DNA from: Cyanophora paradoxa CCMP329 | Taxonomy: Eukaryota; Plantae; Glaucophyta | Assembly (NCBI GenBank): GCA_004431415.1 | Contig: QPMI01000102.1 | Location: 1 to 64,000 of the forward strand | Reading direction: 5' to 3' | DNA length: 64,000 nucleotides | In this document: positions 50,999-63,594 of the stretch, in pieces | Numbering within the stretch: the stretch's first letter is position 1 | Layout: each line of letters starts with the position of its first letter | Position numbers and translations under genes: made by a program | The notes under the pieces: model-generated | The model's database searches: none | Told to the model about the DNA's origin: nothing | The model's input: only the letters and a program-made list of their open reading frames with translations

Positions 50999-53900
50999 CT
51001 AGTCTGTTTCCTGAGAGAGGACGAGGGGGTAGTACGGGTACATGTGTACGTGGGCCGGAGGGGGCGGAGGGGGGAGGGGAAGGGGGTGTAGGGGGATGTA
51101 GACCGTGGGCGGCGGGGGCGGGGGCGGGGCGGGGGCCATGGCCAGAAGCGGGGGGTGGCTGCTGGTGCTGTAGAAGGCGGGGGCGGGCCGGGCCCGCGCG
51201 GCCACGAGAGCGGCCTGCGCCACGCCAACGTGGTGGTCGACGCCGTAGGCGCCGTAGAGGGCGGAGCCAGGCGCCAGCTGCGCCGGCGCCGGCGCCGCGA
51301 GCTCCACGCCGCCGCCGTCCTCCTCCTCCTCCGCCGCCCATTCCCCCGCCCACTCCTCTTCTTCCTCCTCCTCCTGCCACTCCTCCTCCTCCTCCTCCTC
51401 GTCGTACGGGGCCCGGGCGAGGACCGGCGGGGGCCCTCCCGCCCCCCCCTCCTCCTCCTCCTCCACGTGGACGTACTGCCCGACGAAGACCTGCAATGAT
51501 GCTCAGGCGACGGGCAGCTACGGCCGCCGGGGGGGGGGGAAGAGGCGGGGGGGAAGAGAAGAGAGACCTGCTGTACGCCGCGGGGCCGCTTGGCGGGCCG
51601 AAGGGAGGAGGAGGAGGAGCCGCTGGCGGCCTGGTGTACCCCTCCGGCGTCCCGCTCCCTCCGTCCCCGCGCTGCGGGAAAGCTTAGAAACGCGCAGGGC
51701 GGCGGCGGGAGAGGCGGGGGCGGGGGGCGGGGGCGGGTCTGGAGGAGACGCACGGGCGGGGGCGATGATGGTGAGGCCGCCGCCTCCTCCGCTCTGAATC
51801 GCGTTCATCCGGTTGCGAACGCCCCCGCGCTTGGTGCGGCGCTCTGGGAAGGTGGGGTACGGTAGTCAGGGGAGGCAGAGGTACAGTGGGAAAGACTGAC
51901 CCTTGCGCGGCTGGGGCTGGGGCGAAGGCGAAGGCAGAGCGGCGTCCGCCGGGGGCGAGGTCCGGCGGGGACAGCCGCGCAGGTGCTCCTGGTGGAGGCT
52001 CAGGAGGCCGCGGACGCGCACGGCGAGGCCGCCGGATCCGTCCGCGACGATCTCCACACAGTCGCCGAGCAGCCGCGGCAGCAGCGCGGCCATGTCGTCC
52101 GCCGACAGCGGCTCGCCGGGAGCCTTGCGCAGCCGCTCGCCGCCACAGAGGCGGCGCATCCACTGGAGCGCACGCGGGCGGTGCAGGTTCGTGTAGTTCC
52201 ACGCTCGGGCGACGTCTTCCAGAGAACTCGTCGCGCCGGGCCGCGCCGAGCCCGTCGCGTCCGTCAGGACGTCGTAGAGCCCCAGGGCGCCCCACTGCGC
52301 TTCGCTCATCTGCGAGCCGGCGGGCCCGTTGAGGCGGCGCCACTCCATCGCGGCGGCCAGGCCGGCCTCAAGCGCTGTGTTGAGGTCGCCTTGAACCGCG
52401 ACAGCGACGGGGCCAGGGCCCAACCGCGCCAAACCTGCTGCATCCAACGCCGCAGCCACATTGACGGCTCCATCGAAGAAGAGACGGAGGGACGTGCGCA
52501 GGAGGGGCAGGTTCGCGTTGCGCAGGGCGTAGACGATCGAAGCGCCGTCGATGGGCTCGACGAGCTCTTTGAACGCCGAGATCCGCACGCTGTTCTGCAG
52601 GGAGCTGAGTGCCCGCAGGAGCGCGTGGCCGATCTCCAGTACATCCCCGTCGACGCCGCTGCGGCTCGCCGGCGCCACTGCGCGTGCGCGCGCGAGCGTC
52701 AACGCCGGGCGCTACGAGAGATGGGGCATCGGGCAGAGATCGCACCCTGTGCCCGCAACGGCCCCGCCTCGACCTCGGCGCCATCGCTCCCTCCTGCTCG
52801 GGGCGCGCGTGAGAGCGCGCCGAAGGGGCGAGGGCGAGGCTCGGATCGCACCGGGGGCGGCGGCGGCGGCGGCGGCGGCGGCGGGGCCGAGGCCGCGCAG
52901 GTGCTCCTGGTTCAGGTCCAGGAGGCCGCGGATGCGCACGGCGGCGCCGTGGACGTCGTCGGGCACGATCTCCACGCAGCCGCCGAGCAGCCGCGGCAGC
53001 AGCGCGGCCATGTCGCCGGCCGAGCTAGGCTCGTCCGAGATGTTGCGCAGCCACTGAGAGGTGCGCGGCGAGCAACGTCGCATGCGGGTCCACGCGTAGA
53101 CAACGAAGCTGAGAGGACCCGTCGCGCCGGCCTTCAAGGAGCCCGTGGCGTCTGTCAAAGCGTCATAGAGCTCCAGGGCGAATCGCTGCCCGTCGCTCCG
53201 CTGTGAATTGGCGCCGTTCAGGCGGCGCCACTGCATCGCAGTCTGCAGACCGGCTGCAAACGACGCCTTCACATCGCCCTTGGCGCTGACCGAGACCGGG
53301 TCCGAGCCCGATCGCAACGCTGGCGCGCCACTCGCTGGGGCCACCCGCACCGCCGTGTTGAAGAACATGCGAAGCGACGTGCGCAGCAGGGGCAGGTTCG
53401 CCTTGCGGAGCGCCTCGTCGATGGTGCTGCTGCCGATGAGGCCGACGGTGTCCTTATAGACCGAGATCGACTCGGTCCTCCGGGGCGATCTAAGTCCCCG
53501 CAGAAGCGCGCTCCCGATCACCAAGATGTCCTTGTCGACTTCGATGCGGCATTTAACCGCGTCTTCGTCGCCGCTGCCGGGGCCGGGGCCGGGGCCTTCA
53601 ACAGTGTGTTCATCCGTGCCCTCGTAGTAGACCTCGCGGGGCTCTTGCTCCGCGGGATCCTCATCCACATCCTCGTCGAAATCGCCGTCCGCGACGAATT
53701 CGTCATCGACGTCGCCACCTGTACACGGGCGTGGAAAGTGAGCAGGAGTGGCGCAACTGCGACCAAATACCGCACCTGCTGCTGTAGATGGCCCCGCCTC
53801 GTACGCAGCGACCGCGGCCTCCCCCGGCTTGGCGCTGAAGAGACCCGTGATGCGAACCAAGACCGTGTTGTTCTCAGTCGTGTACACGGTCGCGCAGTGG

Positions 53901-56900
53901 GACAGGTGCGTGCGGATGAAATGCGTGGGCTGCTTGAAATCTGGGACCTTGAACCGGCGCTGCATGAATAACAGCGCGTTCTTGACGTTGTCCACGCGTC
54001 CCTCCGCCCCGGCCTTCACCGATCCGGTCGAGTCGATCACAGCGTCATAGAGATGGTAGGCGTCCGCCTGCGTCTGGTCGAGCTCGAGGTTCTTGCGTTG
54101 AAGGTTGTGCCCGTTGAGGTCTCGCCACTGCGACGCGAGCCGCAGGCCTTGCACCAGGGCTGCCTCCGCGTCGCCGACAATCGTCACGTCGATCGCTGTC
54201 GAGGGCGACCGGAGAGCGTGCATCCACAACGGGCCGGTTGGAGGTTGCACCGTCACAGCGTCAGGGAAGAACATCCGGATCGCCGTTCGAAGCCGCGGAA
54301 GCCCAGCATTGTCGAGCACATTGTCGACGGAGTCTTCTGTTCGGAAGTGCGTCTGGAACCGCGCCTTGAATTTTGAGATGCTTATGTGTCCTCGCTGTGC
54401 ACGTGGCAGTGCCCGAAGCATGGCCTGCCCGATGCGCCATATGTCGTCATACTTCACGTCCCGCGTCGGCCCGGGCAGCCCGTCGCCTCCATCCGTTCCC
54501 GTCCCGTCCACGTCGGCACCCGCCGCCGCGCCGCTTCCGCCCAGAAGCTCGTCCAGACCCTCCATCAACTCGCCCCCGTCCTCCGCGCCACCAGTTGCGC
54601 TCGCTGCCTCCTTGCGTGCGAGCGATGCCGGCTGTGCTGCGCTGTCACGTCCCATGTGCAGCGCCGCGACGTCTCCGGCGCCACTGTGCGCCGACTGCGT
54701 CTCCATGAAGTCTGCCGCGCAGGGCCGCTTGTCCCGTGCCCCTCCCTCCTCCCGTATCTCTCCGTCCTCCAGCTCAGGTTCGTCATACCCGCCAGAAAGC
54801 GGGTTGGGCATATGCCCTTCCAGGCCCAGCGTCGACGCCCCAGCCGTAGCGTGAAGCATTGTTAGTGTCGTGTGTGTCTGGTAAGTGGCCGAAGTGCCGC
54901 TTGCTACGTCAGCGGCGGCTGGTGCTCGCTTCAACTTGTGAAGCGATTGCGGCGGATCAACTGCGCCAAACTTGGCCTGCCGCTGTGCAAGCAACACCGA
55001 AGTTGTTGCTGCTGGCTGCACAATTGACGTTGCGGCTGCTGGTAATGTGGAGCTAGTGAGCACCGCTGCCTTGAGAATGGGCTGTGCTGGCGTCTCTTCG
55101 GCGTCGGTCCCGTCGCCGAAGTCGTTGTCGCAGTCATGCCCGGCGCCGCCGTCGGAGTCCGCTCCGCCGGACGCTACGCGCCAAGCTTTAACGGCCGCGG
55201 CGCCGATTCCCGCCTGCAGCTCGACCTTGCGCGTCCTCGCGTTGGCCCTGGCGCCGATGTGCTGCAGCGCCTTGAGGAGCGCCATCTCCGCGCGCTGCTC
55301 CGGCTGCCCGACCAGCGCGGCGCAGGCGCCGGCGAGGCTCTGCGGGCCGAACCACGCCTGCCACGCCTCCCGCAGCGCCTCCACCGACGCCACCCCGCGG
55401 GGCCCGCCGCCCGCCGCCTCCCGCAGCGCGCGCAGCACGGCCACCAGGCGGGGAGGAGCCACCGCTCGGCCTCCTGCTTGCTGCCGCCGGGCGGGAATCC
55501 GCTCTCGTCGCCCGCGACGGGCCCCGTGGTCGCCGGCTCCGCTGCCTCCGCCATCGCCACGTCGCCGGCGCCGCCCGCCGTCTGCACGAGCCGCGCCACG
55601 AGCCGCCCGCGCCAGACGCCGGCCGGGACCGCCCGCCACGCGCCCCGCTCCGGCAGGCCCGCCACCGCCGCCAGCGCGCCCGGCAGCGTCCGCGCGTCGC
55701 CGGCGCCCTCCGGCAGCAGCCTCCGCGCCTTGTCCGCGCCGGCGTGCCGCGCCCGCCACGCCCTCGCCACGTCCCGGAACGGGATCGTCGCCGGCCCGCC
55801 GCGCGCGGCGGCGAGCTCGCCCGCGATGGACTCGAGGTCGCGCTGCGCCTCTTCCACGGACGCATAGTGGCTCTTGGCGGGCGGCCGCGCGGCGGCCGGC
55901 GGCGTCGCGGCGGTTGAGGACCGTGCCGCCGCGCTCTGATCAACGCGGCGGGGGTGAGAGGAGGTGGGTGGAAATAAATGGGACGCGGCCGGCCGGGCCG
56001 ACGGTCCGGCCACGTCTGAGGCCGAACGGGGAGCGACGGGGTTCGCGGCTGCGGTGGTACGGGGAGGGGCGGCGGGGGCGGGCGCTGGCGTGGGCTCCGG
56101 CGGGTCCTCAAAATCGCTCTCCCCCAGATCGGGCCCGGCCGCGCCCGGGTCAACGTAGCCGGCACGCACGGCGCCCGCCCACGCGCGCGCCGCGGACGCC
56201 CGCAGCGAGCCCCGGGCCGGCCTCCACTGGCCGTTGGCGACGACTACGCCGCCCAGCAGCTTCTTGAGCACGAGGTGCGGCTGCCACGCCTTGGGCGCAG
56301 CGTTCGAGAACTCCCGCAGGGACGCCCGTGCCAAGACCTCGAAGGACTCGCCGCCCCAGGCCTCCCACGCCGCCGCAAGTCGCGCCAGCGGCACTCGCGG
56401 CCCGTCCGCCCGCCGGAGCTCCCGCAGAAGCGCCACCAAGCGCCGGACGAACGCCGCCCGGTCCGCCACGGGCCCGCGAGCGCCCGCGCCGTCCTCGCCG
56501 AAGCGAGCCTGGAGGCGGCCGCCCGCGTCGCCGGCGGGAACGAGGCCGCGCCCGAGCGCGGCCGCGACAGCGCCCCAGCGGCCCTCCGCCTCCGCCTTGG
56601 AGGCGGCCGGCAAGCGCTGCGCCACCAAGTCCACGGCCTCGCGGAGCGCGAAGGCCGCTTCGCCGTGCCGCCCCCGCAGCTCGGCGAGCACCGAATCCAC
56701 CGCCGCATCCCGTTCCGCCCGCGCGGCCGCCTCGTCGGCGCCGGCCGCAGCCTTCGCCTTGGCAGCAGCGGCAGCAGCAGCTTGAGCCCGTTGGGCGCTG
56801 GCGATGGGCGCGGAAGACGGCAAGGCGGATGCAGATAGCTGCAAATGATGCCGATATTGAGCGCTAGCGCTGGCGCCGACGTTTGGCGCGACGAGCGCCG

Positions 56901-57417
56901 AGTCGGAGCCGGAAGGCGAGTGCTGCTGCTGTTGCTGCTGCTGGCACTGAGCGATCAGAGCTTCAGCCTCGTCCAGAATGCCCGAATTGCCCGCAGATAG
57001 CTGTTCAGAAAACTGCACTGAAAGCGCCACAATTCTTTGCGGCAGGTTGGCCTGGCCGCTAGCCGAAGTTGGTGGGCCCGCCGGCGGCCGGCCCGCTGCC
57101 GCCGCAGGAAGCTGCTGTAGCAGGGCTTGCAGCAGCGGGGCTGCGAGTTCCTCCAGCTGCTTGTTCTCGGATAGCTTTGCCGAGAACGCAGCAATCGTTT
57201 GCGCGAGATTCACCGGCTGTGGCGCCGGGGAGCCGCTGGCCGCAGGCGAGGCTGCAGCAACCATCGGCTGCTGCGGCGCGTGGGCGCCCTCATCGCCTTT
57301 CCGCTGCTCTCCAGTGTCGTCGCCGGCGGTCTCCTCCGCGCCAGCGCCCTCCGCCTCATCGCCGTCCCCCAGCAGCTCGCCCCGCGGGCTCGGCGGGTTG
57401 TCATCGTCCAGTTCCAT
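50999..57417 (-). CDS. Large intron-poor protein A: LOTUS/wHTH-like N-terminal modules + three copies of an unrecognised ~210-aa domain; apparent frameshift near 55450
   Basis: Long ORFs 55174-57459, 52712-55759 and 51866-52702. Repeated motifs D.L.IG.ALL..L, LP.LRTS/AL/IR.FF..AV.V, WR.LNG, LYD...D.TGS...GA, C..I/V......VRI.GL. The C-terminal exon is uncertain. Confidence 0.7.
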
Positions 57418-58328
57418 CGAGTCGCGCCTGAGTGGGTCGCTGTCAGCGCGCGCGGGCACGCCGCCGCGGGACGGTGCTGACCGTGCTGACTCAATCGCCC
57501 CGCATCAGCGGTGACCGCTTAGAAGGCACCATCTGGCGGCATCTTTCACAAACTGCGCGCCAATCTGCAGTAAGCACAGGCCGTGCACACGTTCGACACG
57601 GCGAACGGACAGACGGAAACGCACGCAAGCGGTTCGTCCTCCACCGCGCAGTCCGATCGTGCTCGCGTGCGTCGTGTACTCTCGCTGTTGCACGCTGTAA
57701 TTCATCGTGAGCTCGGCGGCATGCAAAGCTTCAGGGCGGGCAACGTACTGGACGCTAACTTTGCGAGCTCCCACGCACTTTTCACGCCGTTTGCCTGAGT
57801 GCGAGCCGCCTAGGCCTGGCTGCACGGGCCCTTGTTGAGCTCCTTCGTGCAGGGCTGCGAACGAAGTGGTAACAGTATCCCCCTGACCGACCCGTCAGAC
57901 CCGCCGCCAGAGCAAAAGCCCGACAAAAGGCGCACAAGCAGAAGGCGCGGACAGTGCACGTGAGCTCAAGGAACGAACACCCGGTACGTTGGCTTCGCAC
58001 ATTGCGGCGTCCGCCGAGCTCACGATCAGCGTCGCTTGACAGTGAAAGAAAGACCCGGGCGCGACCTCGCGCATACTGCGCACAACAGGGAGCCGCCACT
58101 TGGTGCGCTCCCTTCATGCCGCTCGCCGTGTCCTGCCGCCGAACCATGCGCGGCTTATGCGCATGCTTACGAGGATAAGCTTGCAGGAACGTGTGAAAGA
58201 TGCAACGAAAGGGCTCGTCCTGAGCAACCACTTTCGACGGGACAGCGAAGAACGAGTGCGGTGAGCGGCGCTGTGCGCTATGCCGCGTGTCCCCGCGCGC
58301 TGACAGCGAGCCCCTCAGACGCGAAACG

Positions 58329-61300
58329 ATGGATTCAGACGATGACAACCCGCCGAGCCCGCGGGGCGAGCTGCTGGGGGACGGCGATGAGGCGGAGGGC
58401 GCTGGCGTGGAGGAGACCGCCGGCGACGACACTGGAGAGCAGCGGAAAGGCGATGAGGGCGCCCACGCGCCGCAGCAGCCGATGGTTGCTGCAGCCTCGC
58501 CTGCGGCCAGCGGCTCCCCGGCGCCACAGCCGGTGAATCTCGCGCAAACGATTGCTGCGTTCTCGGCAAAGCTATCCGAGAACAAGCAGCTGGAGGAACT
58601 CGCAGCCCCGCTGCTGCAAGCCCTGCTACAGCAGCTTCCTGCGGCGGCAACACCCGCTCCCGACTCGTCGCTGTCCGCGCCTGTCGCCTCGCCTTCCTCG
58701 TCTCCCTCGGCAAAATCTGTACGGGGCCGCGGCTTTCCAGTGTACAGGCCACCCTCTCGTCGCGAGGAGGATAACGAGGCCGCGCGGGCCGCCCCCGCCG
58801 CCTCCTCGCCCCGGCCGGCCGCGGCCCGTTCCTTTCCCACCGCCTCCCAGGGCCTCCGCCGCGTCGATCAGAGCGCGGCGGCGCGGTCCCCGCCGGCCGC
58901 GGCGCCGCCAGCCGCCGCGCGGGCGCCCGCCAAGAGCCACTATGCGTCCGTGGAAGAGGCGCAGCGCGACCTCGAGTCCATCGCGGGCGAGCTCGCCGCC
59001 GCGCGCGGCGGGCCGGCGACGATCCCGTTCCGGGACGTGGCGAGGGCGTGGCGGGCGCGGCACGCCGGCGCGGACAAGGCGCGGAGGCTGCTGCCGGAGG
59101 GCGCCGGCGACGCGCGGACGCTGCCGGGCGCGCTGGCGGCGGTGGCGGGCCTGCCGGAGCGGGGCGCGTGGCGGGCGGTCCCGGCCGGCGTCTGGCGCGG
59201 GCGGCTCGTGGCGCGGCTCGTGCAGACGGCGGGCGGCGCCGGCGACGTGGCGATGGCGGAGGCAGCGGAGCCGGCGACCACGGGGCCCGTCGCGGGCGAC
59301 GAGAGCGATTTCCGCCCGGCGGTAGCAAGCAGGAGGCCGAGCGGTGGCTCCTCCCCCGCCTGGTGGCCGTGCTGCGCGCGCTGCGGGAGGCGGCGGGCGG
59401 CGGGCCCCGCGGGGTGGCGTCGGTGGAGGCGCTGCGGGAGGCGTGGCAGGCGTGGTTCGGCCCGCAGAGCCTCGCCGGCGCCTGCGCCGCGCTGGTCGGG
59501 CAGCCGGAGCAGCGCGCGGAGATGGCGCTCCTCAAGGCGCTGCAGCACATCGGCGCCAGGGCCAACGCGAGGACGCGCAAGGTCGAGCTGCAGGCTGGAA
59601 TCGGCGCCGCGGCCGCCAGAGTTCGGCGCGTAGCGTCCGGTGGAGCGGACTCCGACGGCGGCGCCGGGCACGACTGTGACATCGATTTCGGCGACGGCAC
59701 CGACGCCGAGGACGCAGCGGCTGCTCCGCAAAACGAGAAAAGGGTGCGCCTCGCGCGCTCACGGCAGGCCAAGTCGGGCGCGGCTGACCCGCCCATGCCT
59801 CAGGCCGCGGCGAAGAAGCTGACTGTGGCAGTCGGCACGTCGTCCCCGCGAGAGTCTGGCAGCACTCTGCCCGACACGCCCAGCGGACAGGACGGAGAGA
59901 CGCGGCGCTGCGCAGCCGCCGACTTTATGGAGACGCGTTCGGACGACGACGACGGAGGCAGCGCAGCCACGCCGCACACGGGGCGCGACAGCGCAACGCG
60001 GGAGACAAAGGCGGCGGCGTCGATGGACGGCCTGGAGGGGACGGGGGCGGACGGGGCGGAGGGGGGCCCGTCGGCGCGGGGCGAGACGACGCCCGCGGAC
60101 ATACGGCGCATCGGGCAGGCAATGCTGCGGGCGCTGCCGCGGCGGGGCGAGCGGAAGCCGATCTCCGGCTTCAAGCGCGACTTCCGGGCGTGCTACCACG
60201 AGGACAGGGCCGTCGAGGCCGTGCTCGACGAAGCTGGGCTTCCGCGGCTGCGGACGGCGATCCGCATGTTCTTCCCGGGCGCCGTGACCGTGCAGCCCCC
60301 GACGGGCCCGCTCTGGTACAAGGCCCTCCGGGCGAAAAACACGGCGATCGACGTGACGACCGTCGGCGACGCGAGGGCGGCGCTGGCGCGCGGCCTGCGG
60401 CTCGCGTCGCAGTGGCGGGAGCTCAACGGGCTCCGCCTGCGCCAGTCGAGCCTGCACGGCGAGGAGGCGGACGTCTACCACCTCTACGACGCCGTCGTCG
60501 ACGCGACGGGCTCCGTGGAGGTCGGGGCCACGGGCCGCCTCGACAACGTCCAGACGGCGTGCCAGTTCGTGAAGAACATCTACCCGGAGGTACCGATCCT
60601 GAAGCCGCTGCAAGAGTGGATCCGCAAGCACCTCTCCGACTGCGTGGATGTGTACAGGCACGAGAAGACCACGTTTATGGTCCGCATCACGGCGCTCTTC
60701 GGCGGGAAGCCGGAGGACCGCGCGGCGCCCGCTCCCGTGCACAACAAGGCCGAGGCGGTGGGGCCGCCCCGGGCGCCGGGTACGGCCTTCGTTTGGCAAC
60801 GCCTGATCTCTTGCGTCGCCCCGCGCTCACGCGCGCGCGCGCGCATGCGCAGCGGCGAGCCGCAGCGACGTCGACGAGGACCTTTTGGAGATCGGGCAGG
60901 CGCTCCTGCAGGCGCTCCAGTCGATCCGGGGGGGCGCCTCCATCTCGAAGCTGAAAGGGCGCGTGGGGCGCCTGGGCGACGACTACTCGATCGTCTTCGC
61001 GCTCCGCGTGGCGAACCTGCCGCTGCTCCGGACGTCCCTCCGCCTTTTCTTCGACGGGGCGGTGCGGGTCGGGCCGCCGGGCGGCGCCTCGGCCTCGGCG
61101 CCGCGCAAGAGCCCCGGCCGCGTATCGGTCACGGTCCGCGGCGACCTGGAGTCGGCGCTGGGGGCCGGCCTGGCCGCTGCGATGGAGTGGCGGCGGCTGA
61201 ACGGCCCCGCCGGCACTCAGCTGAGCGAAGGGCGGCGGGCCGCCCTCGAGGTCTACGACGTCCTGACGGACGCGACGGGCTCGACGCGGCCCGGCGCGGC

Positions 61301-63122
61301 GGCGCCCCTGGACGACGTCGCGCGCCTCTGGAGCTACATGAACGCCCAGCCGCGGCGCGCCCTGCAGCGCGTCTGCGGGGCGGCGGCCGGCGAGGGGATC
61401 TCGCCGGGCGACGTCGGCGCGCTGCTGCCGCGGCTGCTCGGCGGCTGCGTGGAGATCGTGCCCGACGACGTCCACGGCGCCGCCGTGCGCATCCACGGCC
61501 TCCTGGACCTCAACCAGGAGCACCTGCGCGGCCCTGGCCCCGCCGCCGCCGCCGCCGCCGCCGTCCCTGGTGCGATCCGAGCCTCGCGCCGCCGCGCTCG
61601 ATCTCACGGCGGCGTCGCCGTCGTGGGGAGCAGGCGCGAGCGACGAAGTCGAGGAAGACGAAGAGGAGGAGATCGAGGAGGAGGAGGAGGAGGAGGGGGA
61701 GGAGGTGGACGAGGACGTGCTTGCGATCGGGGCGGCGCTGCTGGAGGCCCTCGCCTCGCCCCGCGACAACGACTCTATTTCGGCGCTCAAGGACGCCGTC
61801 GGCGCCGTCGACGGACGCGCGGTCTCCCACGCGCTCCTCCACGCGCACCTCCCGATGCTCCGCACCGCCCTCCGCCTCTTCTTCGACGCGGCCGTCGTCG
61901 TCGCGCCCCCGGGGCCCGGCGGCTGGTCCGCGTGCGAGGCCCCGCGCGAGGGCGGGCGCGCCCCCGTCCTCGTCAAAGTGCAGGGCGACCTCGAGGCGGC
62001 CTTCGACGAGGGCCTGCGGGCCGCGATGGCGTGGCGCCGCCTCAACCACTTCGCCCCCGGCGAGGAGTTCAGCGAGGGCCAGCTGGCCGCCCTCGAGGTG
62101 TACGACCTCGTGACGGACGCGACGGGCTCGGCGCGGCCCGGCGCGGCTGGGCCCCTGGACGACGTCGCGCGCGCCTGGCGCTACAAGAACGTGAACCACT
62201 CGCGCTTCTTCGGGTGGCTGCGCCGGAACTTCGGCGAGGCGGCCTCGGCGGAGGGCGTCGGGGCGCTCCTGCCGCGGCTGCTGGGCGGCTGCGTCGAGGT
62301 CCTCCTCAACGAGGGGGCGCCGGGCTGCGCCACCGTGCGGATACGGGGCCTCCTGGACCTCAACCAGGAGCACCTTCTGGGGGGCAGCCCGCGCGCCTCC
62401 CTTGCCGCCGTCGCCGCCGCCGCTTCCGCCCCCGGTGCCATCGATCGAGCGCGCCCTCTCTTCGGCGCCCTGACGCGCGCGCGCGCGCGCGCCCGCAGCG
62501 ACGACGGCCGCCGGGCGGGGTCGCTCCAGCTCCTTTCTGTTCTCGTCTCGAGGTTCGCCGCCCGGTCTCTCTCGCCGGGGGCCGAGCCCCCTGCCGCCGC
62601 CTCCAGCCATCCGGCGTCCTCCCGACCGCGTCCCGCCCAGGGCGCGGGGGCCGCCGGGCCCTGGACAACGTGGTCCGGATCGGCAGCGTCACGGTCGCAA
62701 GCGGCCGTGCGCCCCGCCCCGCCGCTCCCGGCCCGGCCCGGCCCGCCCCGCCCCGCCTGCTGCTCACCGCGCGCTCCGCTCGCCTTTCCCGCCCGCCGGC
62801 CCGACCGCAGCCGGGGGCCGGAGAAGGCTCTTCGACGGCGCTGGCCCCTCCCGCCCCGCCAAGCGGGCCCGCCGCGGAGGAGGAGGACTGCAGGTCCCCT
62901 CGCGCCCCCGCCCCCGCCCGCCCTCCCGCCCCTCGCCTTAAAGCGGCCCCGCAGCACTACGAGCTCGAGGAGGACACGGGAGCTTCGGCGGCGGCGGTGG
63001 CGGCGGCGCCCCTGCCCGCCCCCCTCCTCCACGTCGTCCCGGCGTCGTCGTCTGGCCTCCCCGTCCTCGTTCCTATCGTCCGGGCCGCGCAGCCGCTGCC
63101 GTACCCCTACCTCGGGCTCTGA
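58329..63122 (+). CDS. Large intron-poor protein B, inverted paralogue of A; apparent frameshift near 59308
   Basis: 58290-58650 and 58860-59710 are near-identical reverse complements of 57460-57100 and 55945-55095. Three copies of the same ~210-aa domain at about 60100-60700, 60875-61530 and 61710-62380. Confidence 0.7.
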
Positions 63123-63594
63123 CGGGCCGTCGCCCGCCTCGGCCCCGTTTTTTCCCACGGGGCGTAGCCCCCTAGTTCGCTTTTTCTCCTACCCCTTTCC
63201 GATTCGCATCCATAGCCCCGTGGCCATCACCTTTCCGATCCTCTGCCCCTCCGGACCCTTGTTTCATGCGCCAAGCCTCTGTCCGCTAGTGCCCCAGGAC
63301 AGCCCCCCGGCCCGAAGCCTTCAAGGCCGAAATATGCCGTAGCCCTGCTCCTCTGCTGCTTTTTCCCACCTCTTTCGGTACGATATCGATTCTCAGCTTA
63401 GTAACTAGTAATTCTGGCCCTAGGCCTTGGATCGTGTATAGTTCATGCAGCTTCAGTCCTAGTCCTAGTTTCCTTTCGTGGCGTTCTTAAGCTAAGCTTG
63501 CACTGTAATTGACTCGCCTGTACTAGTTTATCTGCATCTAAGAACTACTAGGTATAGTCTGGCTACCCAAACGTACTGTCTGGTCTGATTGGAC

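Noticed and set aside
596-63342. Hundreds of Arg/Pro/Gly/Ala-rich ORFs in the ORF track
   Set aside because: Shadow or antisense ORFs and intron read-through caused by extreme GC content; no domain signal.
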